Shown: positions 45,209 through 55,352 of the stretch, one piece after another
Layout: every line of letters starts with the position of its first letter
How positions within the stretch are numbered: position 1 is the first letter of the stretch
Translations under genes and position numbers: made by a program
The notes under the pieces: model-generated
The model's database searches: none
Seen by the model: only the letters and a program-made list of their open reading frames with translations
What the model was told of the DNA's origin: nothing
Virus record (IMG/VR): IMGVR_UViG_3300029922_000003
Length of the DNA stretch: 64,000 bases
From: a virus
Direction: 5' to 3' (one strand)

Positions 45209-46081
45209 TTAAAGATCAATGTGTCTAGGTTGTTCTTCTTCTAGGTCTTCAGAAGTCGGCATCTTAATACTAGATGCCATAGCAAAAGCAAATGGGATAT
45301 CGTTCCTACCTAGTACCTCCAAGAGGGGCTTGGATGGGATAAAGAAGAACATTGTTTTGTCCCAGTCCATTGTGCCATTGCCACCCATCTCTCCAAGTGT
45401 AGTCCAGATGTCTAATCCAATTGGAACTACCTCAAATATATTGTTCACATCCTTGGTGTCGATCTTGGATGTACCATCCACAGAGGAATTGACATAGACT
45501 ATCCTGCTGAATCTAAACTTAGTAGGCTCGAACATCCTGGATGCCCAATACTTTACTCTCTTCTTAGAGTCCTGATGAGTTTGATGTACCTTGAATTCTC
45601 CAGTAGAGAGGAAGGACCTCACAAAGCCCTTTATGCCACTCATGAACGACTCAAAGGCATTACTCCTGTTCCGCACAACCATGCCTGGAGCTTCGATCTC
45701 AGTAGAGCCAGCATTGGCACTTTTCTTTAGCTCTTGGAACCAAGTACCAGAATGGGTTTGTTGTATTGGGACTTGTTGCATAGTAGGGTAGATCTCAGCA
45801 TTTGACGCAGCGATCCTCCACAGCCCCGTAGTACTTCCTTGTTGCAAGGAAGCAAAGTCAAGTAGGCGCTGATAGTCAATAGGCTGAAATTGTGCATTAT
45901 CTATCGCAAGGGAGAGTTGTGGTAATCTCACGTCATCTTGTGAAAGAGCTGCCGATAGATTCCCCATACTATCTATGTACGTATTATTACCGGCAAATGA
46001 AGCCCATCCGTCTATGTCATATGGAGTATCAACTACAGATGCCCTCTGTACAGCATCCCTGATATCTTGCGCTAGTGACAT
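45209..46081 (-). CDS. hypothetical protein
   Basis: 290 aa; KKSA motif. Confidence 0.6.
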   Translation of the reverse strand: MSLAQDIRDAVQRASVVDTPYDIDGWASFAGNNTYIDSMGNLSAALSQDDVRLPQLSLAIDNAQFQPIDYQRLLDFASLQQGSTTGLWRIAASNAEIYPTMQQVPIQQTHSGTWFQELKKSANAGSTEIEAPGMVVRNRSNAFESFMSGIKGFVRSFLSTGEFKVHQTHQDSKKRVKYWASRMFEPTKFRFSRIVYVNSSVDGTSKIDTKDVNNIFEVVPIGLDIWTTLGEMGGNGTMDWDKTMFFFIPSKPLLEVLGRNDIPFAFAMASSIKMPTSEDLEEEQPRHIDL

Positions 46082-46773
46082 TAGATTAGTTTTCTATCCT
46101 GCATCCTCTTGATGATGCAGGCAACTCCAATCTGGTCAGACACAAGGGATGGGTCGAAGTGACCATCAGATCCGTACTTTCCAGCTTTGTAGTATTGAGT
46201 ACCACACCAGAGATATGGAGAAAAAATAGAATGATATAGTCTATATCCCCAGCCATTGTACGCCTCCATCTTGTAGAGTCCACCAGGGATAGACCAATCA
46301 GACCATGTGTCCCAATGATCCTCAATGAGTGCGCTCTTTGCACTAAATAGCCAGCTATACCCATTTGGTGTGTCAGGAGGAGCGATGGGTCGTCCAACTG
46401 GCTCGTCTACCGTGCGAGCGGTGAGTGGATCCCCGTTGTACAGGTGAGCAGTAAAGTCCTGATCGCACTCCATGTGATGGAGACATCCAACAAAGTACCA
46501 AGGGGCAATACCTACCTCTTCGTAGATACTTTTATACTTTACGATTTTATCTACAACCACATCAGCTCCATCTGGGTCTGCAACAACAGCTGTGTTGAAT
46601 AGGTTGATGTACTCAGTACTTGTCTGAGAATAGATAATAGATCTGATTGGGATTTGAGCAGGCACTGTAGTAGGGACTTGAGGTGTAGGTTGAATTGTAG
46701 CCTGAGGTGTTGACTCAGTATTCTTACCAAAGATATTTAACCCAGCCAGTAAGTTTGTCCAGAAATTATTCAT
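46081..46773 (-). CDS. lysozyme-family peptidoglycan hydrolase (COG5526-like)
   Basis: Start revised to ATG 46773; PWYFVGCLHHME, HLYNGDPL, EAYNGWGY, SPYLWCGT, GKY..DG.FD. Confidence 0.75.
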   Translation of the reverse strand: MNNFWTNLLAGLNIFGKNTESTPQATIQPTPQVPTTVPAQIPIRSIIYSQTSTEYINLFNTAVVADPDGADVVVDKIVKYKSIYEEVGIAPWYFVGCLHHMECDQDFTAHLYNGDPLTARTVDEPVGRPIAPPDTPNGYSWLFSAKSALIEDHWDTWSDWSIPGGLYKMEAYNGWGYRLYHSIFSPYLWCGTQYYKAGKYGSDGHFDPSLVSDQIGVACIIKRMQDRKLI

Positions 46774-47240
46774 ACGATTTTCCCCCACTTGTCAATTGGG
46801 CACTTTTCAGTAGCCATTTTTAGTTTTGCTTTAGTAGAGCATCCACACTTCTTGCAGCGTCCAGTTCCAGATAAAGCTTCAGCATCCCAGAACTCACACC
46901 CCTTGCAGATTTCCAGTCTAGCCTGGTACTCCTCAGGAGTAGTAAGCCTAAATCCAGAAGTTGCCCAATTAGCAACACTTGTTGCAGCACTCTTAGCTTG
47001 GGTAGTAATTGCTGGGTACTTTGGTGGTATATTTGACACCACAGGAGCGGCTTGAGTCGCACTCGCAATCTTTGGAGGTGGTACGGCACCAGAATTATAT
47101 TTCTGGTACATTATGGCATAATTCTCTTCAGTTAGAATTACGTGATCACCATCTCTTGTTCCCAAGGACAGAATCTCCTCAAGATACCCAGGAGGCCTTG
47201 ATTCGGCTTTTTTAACTAATGCTGCGTATGAAAATTTCAT
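46770..47240 (-). CDS. protein with C-terminal Cys-rich domain
   Basis: RLEICKGC...CKKCGC..KAK......CPIDKW. Confidence 0.7.
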   Translation of the reverse strand: MKFSYAALVKKAESRPPGYLEEILSLGTRDGDHVILTEENYAIMYQKYNSGAVPPPKIASATQAAPVVSNIPPKYPAITTQAKSAATSVANWATSGFRLTTPEEYQARLEICKGCEFWDAEALSGTGRCKKCGCSTKAKLKMATEKCPIDKWGKIV

Positions 47241-47262
47241 ATATATCGTGGTTTAAATAAGA

Positions 47263-48699
47263 CTATGGAGGGCAGAATGCGTCTAAAGGAACACCATCAG
47301 GATATGGTGTCCACGTACCACCAACTGCCATACAGCCAGCGAATGAATTATCGTCGCTCGTATCAGGGTCGTCCGTACAACACAATCCAATAACACAGTT
47401 ATAAGTGTCGATCGGGCCAAATGCAGAAACGTCTGGGGTATAAGAAATTCCTCCAGTCCCACTACACGGAGTAACCAGCAAGCTCATTATTTTCACCAGT
47501 TCGTTCCATTGGCAGGCACATATATCTGTAGAAGAGGATGGATGTCCTTCAGCACAAGTAGAACAAATCGAACCAGCCCCTGTCCCAGAACTCCACCTCT
47601 GTGCAAGATCTGATAACCCTATATAAGCCCCGTACAAAAAAAGATAACGGGGATCAAGGGCAATAACATCAGGGTCAGTATAATAGTCGTCTGAGTCAGA
47701 TAAAAGATAGGACTCACCAACACACGTCAGTAGGGCTGGATTCCTTAGCTGACCACCAGCTCCAGATAGCCCATCCCAAATATCTCCAAGATGAGCGGCT
47801 TTTATTTCTTGGGTGACAACACCAACGAATGCGGCATCAGCTCCGATGTTCACAAACTCAACCCACCTATAAACACTTCCTGTTGGACAAGTCGCTGGTG
47901 GAGTACCAGATATCGCTTCTGTTAATATCCCAGTGGCAGAAACTGAGCCACCACAACCAAATGGCTCTTCTGGTGTAAAACTGCTATCCCCTAAGGGATA
48001 GCACTTTGAATACTTTTGGGCTATAGCTACAGCAGTCTTACTCATAGCATCTAGCTCATCTGGTGTTGCCCCCCAGTCAACATTCATATTACATATGCTA
48101 CCGCTATTTGTAAGTGGTGGTGCGGGAACGGATGAAGAGGTGATGGGTTGAACTCTATATGTAGTAGGATCACTAATCTCCTCACCGTTGTACTGCACTG
48201 TTCTGGGGTATGTTGGCACCACTTGATTAAATTTAAATCCAGTGCAACCAAAGCAAGGGTCATTTAGGTAGACGATCCAATCGCCAAAGATCCCACCAGA
48301 CACGTAAGAATAATTAGTCCCAATTTCATCTATCCTGTCTAAAATAGTCCCACCAGTGATGATGAAGTATACCTCTTGCACTGTATGAGTGATGTCCAGT
48401 TTTACACTAAAGAAACCCTTTATGGTGGCAAGCTCTTCTATCTGCTCTTGATTGCCAGCAGATCCATACTTCACATGCGTTCCATTTCTTCCAGCTCCGG
48501 TCTCGTTATTTAGTAGATCCCAAACCTCATTATACATCACTCTAAGCAACATCAGTCCGGTTCCACCCCCTGTATCATATATAAAATGACCTGATCCGGG
48601 GATACCCCATTTTACACAATCTCCAACGTTTGCCTCGTAGAACGAAGATGAACTAAATAAAGTTCGCCAGGGCCAAAGCTGATCATTTGTGCAGCTCAT
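47263..48699 (-). CDS. Cys/Gly-rich protein, probably virion surface
   Basis: 478 aa, many Cys. Confidence 0.5.
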   Translation of the reverse strand: MSCTNDQLWPWRTLFSSSSFYEANVGDCVKWGIPGSGHFIYDTGGGTGLMLLRVMYNEVWDLLNNETGAGRNGTHVKYGSAGNQEQIEELATIKGFFSVKLDITHTVQEVYFIITGGTILDRIDEIGTNYSYVSGGIFGDWIVYLNDPCFGCTGFKFNQVVPTYPRTVQYNGEEISDPTTYRVQPITSSSVPAPPLTNSGSICNMNVDWGATPDELDAMSKTAVAIAQKYSKCYPLGDSSFTPEEPFGCGGSVSATGILTEAISGTPPATCPTGSVYRWVEFVNIGADAAFVGVVTQEIKAAHLGDIWDGLSGAGGQLRNPALLTCVGESYLLSDSDDYYTDPDVIALDPRYLFLYGAYIGLSDLAQRWSSGTGAGSICSTCAEGHPSSSTDICACQWNELVKIMSLLVTPCSGTGGISYTPDVSAFGPIDTYNCVIGLCCTDDPDTSDDNSFAGCMAVGGTWTPYPDGVPLDAFCPP

Positions 48700-48700
48700 C

Positions 48701-48952
48701 TTACTTCTTGATTATACGATAACTCCGCTCAATGTAGATAGTACCACCACTAATAGAGTCTTTGAACTCTACCTCCCCAATGGAGTCGTCGTAGGTGATA
48801 GACCCAGTTACTGGATGCCACACCCTAAGTACATTGCCGTGATTGTCCATCTCCTGGATGTCTGCATTGTACTTTACCCTCTCTACATCTGACGCACATG
48901 CTCCTAGGGCTAGTAGTGAAATTAGTGCTATTGTGATTTTGATGCCGCGCAT
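48701..48952 (-). CDS. predicted lipoprotein
   Basis: Signal peptide with lipobox LGAC. Confidence 0.65.
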   Translation of the reverse strand: MRGIKITIALISLLALGACASDVERVKYNADIQEMDNHGNVLRVWHPVTGSITYDDSIGEVEFKDSISGGTIYIERSYRIIKK

Positions 48953-49605
48953 ACCTGTGCTCCCTGTTGTAGCAACTTGTCGAAGTCGCTGAATTTAACG
49001 AAAAATCTCCCATTCTTCCCATAGGTAGTCCCCCAGCTGTTCACAGCAAAGAATGTCTCCCACTGTACATCTACACCATAGATAAGCCAAGCATGTCCAC
49101 CCTCAAACGTAGATGTAGGTCTAGCAAATCCATCAGATCCTGGAGAGGACATTCCTGTGTACCAGTTGGTGCCTGCAACAACTGGCCCATTCTCAAAGAT
49201 ATACTTGGCTACGTCCTCTACGGTTGTTCCCCACACATATGTTGGGATAAATCCCTTTTTTAGCAGAATATCTGCAGCTGCCTTTACTGTAGTACCGTAG
49301 TGGGTTGGTTCAGCCCCTTCCATGCCGTCAGTTGCCTGAGCATCTGCATATAGATCAGCTGGAGTCAGTAGGTTAGACTCAGCCCAGGGAGAGGTCTGTA
49401 GGGCTTGAGTCCATGCATAGGCTACACACTGGCTGCTCTGACCTTGATTGAGTACTGGACCAATTGCCCAGGATTGTCTCATGTCGTCGCTGAGCTTGGG
49501 TTGCATAGCGTACATAGGAAACGCATTGTTTCTGATGTCGCTCTTAAAGATCAGCCCTTTTCCCACTAATGGGTGTTCGGATTTGCCAGTATTGTCTTGT
49601 GCCAT
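48928..49605 (-). CDS. papain-like cysteine peptidase (C1 family)
   Basis: NQG...QCVAY, GPVV, GGHA, NSWG..YGKNG. Confidence 0.9.
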   Translation of the reverse strand: MAQDNTGKSEHPLVGKGLIFKSDIRNNAFPMYAMQPKLSDDMRQSWAIGPVLNQGQSSQCVAYAWTQALQTSPWAESNLLTPADLYADAQATDGMEGAEPTHYGTTVKAAADILLKKGFIPTYVWGTTVEDVAKYIFENGPVVAGTNWYTGMSSPGSDGFARPTSTFEGGHAWLIYGVDVQWETFFAVNSWGTTYGKNGRFFVKFSDFDKLLQQGAQVCAASKSQ

Positions 49606-49678
49606 GGTATGTATATTAAAACTACTTCAACAATTTATAGTTGACCCAGAGCAAAGGTCAAGACATGATTTAATCCTT

Positions 49679-50149
49679 ATGAAGAAACAACTCATCATCA
49701 CATTACTAATGGTTACTGCACTTATCTCCTTCACCGGATGCGCAGAACTCCAGAAACTCAATACCACAGAAGGATCGGTTGGTCAGACTGTTCAGGCTAG
49801 TCTCCCGTACATCTCTACTGCCACCTATGTTGCAGTTGATGTTGTACTAAACGAAGCAACAAGCCCTGCAGACAAGATTCAGAAAGCTAAGATCATCAGT
49901 GGCGTTGGAGCAGCCCTCTACAAACTATCCACCGGTACAGCGCCTACAGTAGCAGATGTAAATACTGCCCTGAATAACGCAGTCCCAGCTGGAGTATCAC
50001 ATTGGAGTTTTTTGATCGACAGCATCACTTCACTGTACAGTGGCTATTTCGCCCAGGCTGGTGGAGACACAAAAGTGCTTATCCAAGTCGTGAATACTAT
50101 TGCTGAGTCCCTGCAGTCTTCTACTGCATCGACAATCGCTGGTAACTAA
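49679..50149 (+). CDS. predicted lipoprotein, isolated plus-strand gene
   Basis: Start revised to ATG 49679; MKKQLIITLLMVTALISFTGC lipobox; own terminator. Confidence 0.7.
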   Translation: MKKQLIITLLMVTALISFTGCAELQKLNTTEGSVGQTVQASLPYISTATYVAVDVVLNEATSPADKIQKAKIISGVGAALYKLSTGTAPTVADVNTALNNAVPAGVSHWSFLIDSITSLYSGYFAQAGGDTKVLIQVVNTIAESLQSSTASTIAGN

Positions 50150-50168
50150 TCTAAAAGTAAAAACAAAT

Positions 50169-50198
50169 GGCCCAGGTAGAAATACCTGGGCCTTTTTT
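50169..50198 (+). terminator. intrinsic terminator
   Basis: GGCCCAGGTA-GAAA-TACCTGGGCC-T6. Confidence 0.9.
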
Positions 50199-50200
50199 GT

Positions 50201-50276
50201 TGGAGCGCCGTGTAGGAATCGAACCTACAAAATCCTGTTTTGCAAACAAGTTCCTTTACCACTCGGACAACGAAGC
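50201..50276 (-). tRNA. tRNA-Cys(GCA)
   Basis: Cloverleaf, loop TTGCAAA, U73 discriminator, encoded CCA; one U:C mismatch in the acceptor stem. Confidence 0.85.
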
Positions 50277-50403
50277 TAAATAGAAAGCTGCTCCCCAATC
50301 TCTCAGGGAGCAGCCCACACACACGAACACTACACCAACAAACAACACAACCGAAAACTGAAGGAGAGATTGTGTCCGCACTCTCCAATGTAAATTTATT
50401 ATT

Positions 50404-50889
50404 TTAGGCTTTGTTAGTCAAGTGCAAAACCAGGGGTTCTGCCATAGATGTCTCAGTAGCGATAAGAGGGAGTGGGGGATGCCAAGTAACCATTACAAGA
50501 CCACGTATCTCTGTACAATGTACTTCGTTGGGGGCGTGGGTAATAGTCATCCCAGAGTAGTAGACTCGACCAGAAGCAACGTCTACAGCCTCACCAGTAA
50601 GAACATTCAGTGTCTCAGAAAATGTGTGGTAGTGTTCTGGAAGGGATCCAGATCCTTCAACCAATGCCCTTGTCCCAGAGGAAGAATCATCAATTAACAT
50701 GATATTCAAACCTGACACTAGCTCAACCCAAGAACCGCGATACAAATAACGCTCAACAATATCCGATGGGTCCCCCTCATGGGAACGCATAACACGGATA
50801 TCCTTAGTAATCTCAATGGCCGTATTGTGGGCAGAAGCCCTCAACCTGGCGTGTGCATCTGATAGATCTTGCTTTAGTTTATTGATCAC
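50404..50889 (-). CDS. cupin-domain protein
   Basis: LPEHYHTFSETLNVLTGE...PNEVH. Confidence 0.7.
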   Translation of the reverse strand: MINKLKQDLSDAHARLRASAHNTAIEITKDIRVMRSHEGDPSDIVERYLYRGSWVELVSGLNIMLIDDSSSGTRALVEGSGSLPEHYHTFSETLNVLTGEAVDVASGRVYYSGMTITHAPNEVHCTEIRGLVMVTWHPPLPLIATETSMAEPLVLHLTNKA

Positions 50890-51244
50890 CTCTGCGCCTC
50901 CCGCCTATAGCAGTTTTTAATATTTCAGTACTGGCAGTAATATGTTCTTTCAGTCTCTCAACCCCTGCATCAATCTGGTGACGGGTTTCCTGAGTACTAG
51001 CTGATAGGGCTGGTGCTATAGCTTCAATCAAATTGGTCATTGAAGTCATGGTCTCGATGTTTTCTTTGATAATTTCTAAAAGATCTTCTGCCTGTTTCTT
51101 TTCCCTTATTTTATATTCAGCTATGTCCTTTAGCAAAGAAAAAAGCCAGAATAGCAAAACAGCTATGCCCAACCCGAAGGTCTTAGCGAACTCAAGTACA
51201 TTAAGTGATAAGTATGGCAACATAGTGCACTTATTAAACAGCAT
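50879..51244 (-). CDS. single-TM plus coiled-coil protein (holin/spanin-like topology)
   Basis: N-terminal TM helix then coiled coil. Confidence 0.45.
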   Translation of the reverse strand: MLFNKCTMLPYLSLNVLEFAKTFGLGIAVLLFWLFSLLKDIAEYKIREKKQAEDLLEIIKENIETMTSMTNLIEAIAPALSASTQETRHQIDAGVERLKEHITASTEILKTAIGGRRRGDQ

Positions 51245-51275
51245 TTACAGATAAAACTCAATCCTTTAAAGAGAA

Positions 51276-51307
51276 AAGGTGTAGTTCTACAGAGAGAACT
51301 ACACCTT
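51276..51307. terminator. 13-bp perfect hairpin, probable terminator
   Basis: AAGGTGTAGTTCT-ACAGAG-AGAACTACACCTT. Confidence 0.7.
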
Positions 51308-51346
51308 ACTCTTAACGGCTTATACGTCCGACTCTACACCTGATAA

Positions 51347-51700
51347 TTATTCGTGGCAACAACCACAGCCATCACAATAGCTTTCACCTTCTGGACACTC
51401 TTCTTCATCCTCTTCGTCCTCTCCAAAGAGATACTCTTCCTCTTCTATTAGATCCTGAACTTCTTCGTCGATAGGATCCTCCTCTTCTCCAACAATAGGC
51501 CCCCCTGAGTCGTCTGTGAGATCTTGGACTTGGTATGAAGATGAATAGGTGCGACCACTCTTCTCAACACCAATGTGATCTGGGAATACTCCCAGACCTG
51601 ATGCAGCTAGAGTAGCCTCGTGCTCGTCTGCTGCTCCATATACAGTAAAGAACTCCGAAGAGTTGATCTCTACTAGAACCTGAAATACTTTTCCTTCCAT
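51347..51700 (-). CDS. acidic protein with Cys-rich tail
   Basis: C-terminal CPEGESYCDGCGCCHE. Confidence 0.6.
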   Translation of the reverse strand: MEGKVFQVLVEINSSEFFTVYGAADEHEATLAASGLGVFPDHIGVEKSGRTYSSSYQVQDLTDDSGGPIVGEEEDPIDEEVQDLIEEEEYLFGEDEEDEEECPEGESYCDGCGCCHE

Positions 51701-51712
51701 ATTGTTTGGGTA

Positions 51713-52072
51713 TTAGAGGGTGATAATGCCAAGCAAATGAGATAGCCGATCATTGTTGTTACGAGACAGATCGTCTACCTCCCTAATAAGACAAGAAAAG
51801 GGTGGATACCAATTCTGCACTGTAGCCTCAGGGGCACTGAGTGGTGGCTCAGTAGCATCCAAGATTGGGCTAAGCCTTTCATAAAGGGATGTGATTAGCT
51901 CGTCTGTTAGCTTTGCGCTACTAAAAGATTCTGCCAGCAGCTCTGAGGCTGTAGGGAAGGAATTCTTCTGTGATAGCTTAACTGACTGAGTTACAGGCCC
52001 TATACCTGCTGCATTGGATCCAATGGATGGACGGGACATTTTCTTTTCTGATAGTGCGACGTTTGCTGACAT
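51713..52072 (-). CDS. hypothetical protein
   Basis: 119 aa. Confidence 0.55.
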   Translation of the reverse strand: MSANVALSEKKMSRPSIGSNAAGIGPVTQSVKLSQKNSFPTASELLAESFSSAKLTDELITSLYERLSPILDATEPPLSAPEATVQNWYPPFSCLIREVDDLSRNNNDRLSHLLGIITL

Positions 52073-52086
52073 AGTTTGTATTTGTG

Positions 52087-52473
52087 CTATTTACCGAGTG
52101 CAGTCTGGATCACTCCAGGTGGAACTGCGGGAGCCTCTGCCGTAGCAACGACAGCGGCGGTTGTGTTTGAAAGAGCGAGACCATCAACCTTGATGTTCGC
52201 TCCAGCACTAACAAGTACAGTCTGAATCTCAGTGTTGTACTTCTTAATAATAGTGTTTGGGATGGCATTGAGGCCAGCATCAACGATTGTCCAGATTACT
52301 CCAATGAGTACTGGGGTATTGATGTACTGGTCAATGCCAGGGATTTCCTTCGCAAGGAGGGTGGCGATAGCGGCAGCTGCAAAAGCAACTCCTTTCTGGA
52401 TAATGGGTCCACTCTTAGAGAGAGCAGCCTTGACGATAGCAGTTTCAACTGCTGGTGGTAGGGACAGGGACAT
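52087..52473 (-). CDS. two-TM protein, possible holin
   Basis: Two hydrophobic helices. Confidence 0.4.
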   Translation of the reverse strand: MSLSLPPAVETAIVKAALSKSGPIIQKGVAFAAAAIATLLAKEIPGIDQYINTPVLIGVIWTIVDAGLNAIPNTIIKKYNTEIQTVLVSAGANIKVDGLALSNTTAAVVATAEAPAVPPGVIQTALGK

Positions 52474-52477
52474 GGTT

Positions 52478-52687
52478 TTATTTTTGGGTTACTGACTTGG
52501 GTTTGGGTTGAGCTACGCCAAACATGGATGACAATGACGAATCCGATGCTGGAGAGTAGGTTACTTGAATATTGATCTTTCCAAGTGATCCAGGATTGCT
52601 TCCTGTTGGCGGTATGGGAATGCTGATACAGCTAATCAATGAGAGTGCCAGGATAGCAATAGCGGAGCCGAGAATGAACGTCTTCAT
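52478..52687 (-). CDS. small lipoprotein, possible o-spanin
   Basis: LISC lipobox, Pro-rich. Confidence 0.5.
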   Translation of the reverse strand: MKTFILGSAIAILALSLISCISIPIPPTGSNPGSLGKINIQVTYSPASDSSLSSMFGVAQPKPKSVTQK

Positions 52688-52726
52688 CTCTCGAAAATAT
52701 ACCTTTTGTGATAGTAGTCAACAAAA

Positions 52727-53368
52727 TTATCCGTGCCAATAGACCCCATTATATTGAGGAATAGCAATATCCTGCCACCTAGACTCTGTATCAGATTCGT
52801 TAACCCTTTGACCCACAAGGTTGTAGTTCGGACAGTACATCATCAACTTCTTATCATCTGTAAAGATATTATCCAGGACAGTAGGAGTATCTGACTTGTC
52901 ATTCTCTTCTATCTTATCAATGATGTAGTCGTAGGCAGTATCCCTGATCGCCCAGAAGTGACAGCAAGGATTGAACAGCGTCCTATAGAGATGCATGTAC
53001 TCTGGAGGGGAGAATTGGTTTTTGTTGTCCCAACAGTATCCATAGAGTATATCCCATGGCTTGCTCTTCACCTCTCTGAGTAGATCCTTCCAATACGCAC
53101 TGAAGTCGTTCCTGAAGACAACGTCGTCCTCCATGATAAGTACACTCTTGTATCTCTTGGCACTGGCTATGTAGAGAGCCCTGAGGTGAGTCAGGAGGCA
53201 AGCCCTAGCTCCAGCAGAGTGATAGTTACCCTTTTCTTTAGTTTCTATCCCTCTGAGTACTTGTGCCTGTATCCCAACTCTGTGTAGCTCCACCTGAGCC
53301 TGCTGCAGCCGGTCAGGTCTCTTCTCTAGGTTGATGAGAAAAGCTTGGTCGAAAGTGTCGAGTATCAT
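52727..53368 (-). CDS. glycosyltransferase family 25-like
   Basis: FLINLEKRPDRL, ACLLTHL, VLIMEDDVVF. Confidence 0.8.
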   Translation of the reverse strand: MILDTFDQAFLINLEKRPDRLQQAQVELHRVGIQAQVLRGIETKEKGNYHSAGARACLLTHLRALYIASAKRYKSVLIMEDDVVFRNDFSAYWKDLLREVKSKPWDILYGYCWDNKNQFSPPEYMHLYRTLFNPCCHFWAIRDTAYDYIIDKIEENDKSDTPTVLDNIFTDDKKLMMYCPNYNLVGQRVNESDTESRWQDIAIPQYNGVYWHG

Positions 53369-53370
53369 TC

Positions 53371-55290
53371 TTAGGCGAGTAAAGTGCCTTTCCAGTATAA
53401 ATGTGTTCCATCAGAGGTCAAACCTCCAATTCCAGAAGATCCTCCACCAACGTCAATAGAGCCATCTGATTGGATCGTAGCAGCGCCGCCATTAATGCTG
53501 AGGCTTCCAAACCCCGCCGAATCCCCTGTATTCAACGACTGGTCGAAAATGTTGTACTCCGTCGTCAGATACCCCATGTCATTAGCAAAGTTGGAAACAT
53601 TCATTCCCACCATTGCCACGGACTGAGAACCGTATTGAAGTCCACCATCGTCGTAGAGGGCATTGCTGCCACCGCCCAAGAAACCAGCACTTCTAAATAA
53701 CGCATTACCATTACCATCTACTTCCGCCTGCCCATTAGAAAGATAAATAGAACCGTCGTTGTTTATAGTAGCGTAGCCAGATGAAAAGCTGGCTGATCCA
53801 TCTAGGTTGAGCTGAGCTGCTGGTAGTACCAATGGGGAGTCTAGATATAGTGGTTCTGGTGAACCAGAAGAATCTCCCTGTAGAATATTCTTTAAGTGAC
53901 CTCCCTGCCAGTTGAGTTCATATCCAACTGTGCAGATTAGACCTAGTCCATTAGCTCCACCAGTACTATTGTCAAAGCTACCAACCCTAAGAGAAGTCCC
54001 GTTAGGTAGGGAAAAATTTTCCCCACTGACATTTCCATATAAATCAACCCCAGCGTTACCCCAAGCAAAAACAGCACTGCCGTAATAGCCATCAAATACA
54101 ATACCGCCAAGCCCATCACCGGTATCTCCAAGAGAGATCATTCCAATATTGTTGTACCCATCCCACCTAGAATAAATACTTACCATTCCATATGCAAATG
54201 AAGGGCTGTCTGTAGTATTTAAGGACTGATCGAAGGGATTCCCACCGCCAGTTGAGTATCCTGCATCATTATAGAAACTACTGACATTCATACCAACCAT
54301 CGCTACTGACTGACTCCCGTACTGCAAGCCAGAGTCATCATAGAGTGATGCTCCGCCATCAGCCCCAGGGAAGCCAAGGGAAGCAAGGATGGTATTACCG
54401 TATAAATCGATAGTAGCCCCTTCGTTAGCAAAACTAGCAGAGCCATCAGGATTAAGGGAGATTAATCCTGCTATCCCAACAACTCCAGAAGTGCTAATTT
54501 CAACAGATCCTCCTGCAAACTGAGCAGAACCATCTGAGTTTAGTCCACCACCTGGGACATAGACGCCATTGTCGATCCACAAGGCATCCGTCTGCATATA
54601 GAAGATGCCAGGCCAAGGAGCAGTAAGAATAGATCCCCCGAGAGTTAGAGTGGGCTGTCCAGATTCTCCATTATCCAGGATAGCATTCCCATTTAGAAAT
54701 GATGCAGTGCCATCAGCGTTGAGATCTATAAAGAAGTCTCCAACCCCATTAGAGATGAGATGTACAGATCCATCAGTATTGACTTGAAGGTCCCCTCCAG
54801 CAAATAGGGCTGACCCATCGTAGCTAAGTTGAGTGTAAAACCCTGATTCTCCGTTAGTCCCTACCAGTACAGCACCATTACTGTAGATACCAGAGCTACC
54901 AGCTATTGTGAGATTTCCACTGGCGTCGAAGTTGGTACCTCCACCAAAATTAGCGGCGTTCTCTACATTGAGTGCATAAAACCATCCAGTTCCTGTTGGG
55001 TCGATATTGCCGGCTCCACCACCAAAGATAATTTCTCCATACCTATTAACGTGGACAATTCCACCAGCCAAGTCTATGGACAAAAACTCAACGCTGTTGG
55101 TTGTATTTAGGGATTGATTGTAAGATTCCCCAGATCCACTAGGACCAGTTGGGCCGGTTGGTCCTGGATCCCCATCAGGTGGTCCTGTTGGCCCCCTTGG
55201 TCCTGTTGGACCCCTACCACCAGCTATCCCCTGTGGTCCAGGGGACTCAATCTGGATTATATCTCCTGAAATTTCAATTACGTCAGCCAT
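53371..55290 (-). CDS. Gly-rich fibre/adhesin-like protein with short collagen-like segment
   Basis: GPQ/GPT triplets; NDAGY..FDQSLNTTDSP modules; LNxDGSASF repeats. Confidence 0.65.
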   Translation of the reverse strand: MADVIEISGDIIQIESPGPQGIAGGRGPTGPRGPTGPPDGDPGPTGPTGPSGSGESYNQSLNTTNSVEFLSIDLAGGIVHVNRYGEIIFGGGAGNIDPTGTGWFYALNVENAANFGGGTNFDASGNLTIAGSSGIYSNGAVLVGTNGESGFYTQLSYDGSALFAGGDLQVNTDGSVHLISNGVGDFFIDLNADGTASFLNGNAILDNGESGQPTLTLGGSILTAPWPGIFYMQTDALWIDNGVYVPGGGLNSDGSAQFAGGSVEISTSGVVGIAGLISLNPDGSASFANEGATIDLYGNTILASLGFPGADGGASLYDDSGLQYGSQSVAMVGMNVSSFYNDAGYSTGGGNPFDQSLNTTDSPSFAYGMVSIYSRWDGYNNIGMISLGDTGDGLGGIVFDGYYGSAVFAWGNAGVDLYGNVSGENFSLPNGTSLRVGSFDNSTGGANGLGLICTVGYELNWQGGHLKNILQGDSSGSPEPLYLDSPLVLPAAQLNLDGSASFSSGYATINNDGSIYLSNGQAEVDGNGNALFRSAGFLGGGSNALYDDGGLQYGSQSVAMVGMNVSNFANDMGYLTTEYNIFDQSLNTGDSAGFGSLSINGGAATIQSDGSIDVGGGSSGIGGLTSDGTHLYWKGTLLA

Positions 55291-55352
55291 AGTGTTGAGT
55301 CCCTATTATTGCAGGACTCAACAGCTATGCCAAGTATCTTAGTCCAATTATT

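Noticed and set aside
44971-45219. 82-aa ORF between 44955 and 45209
   Set aside because: The start is ambiguous, it has no motifs, and there is a competing plus-strand ORF; it could be real but is not supportable.
50146-50388. 80-aa minus-strand ORF
   Set aside because: It overlaps tRNA-Cys and the terminators, so it is probably spurious.
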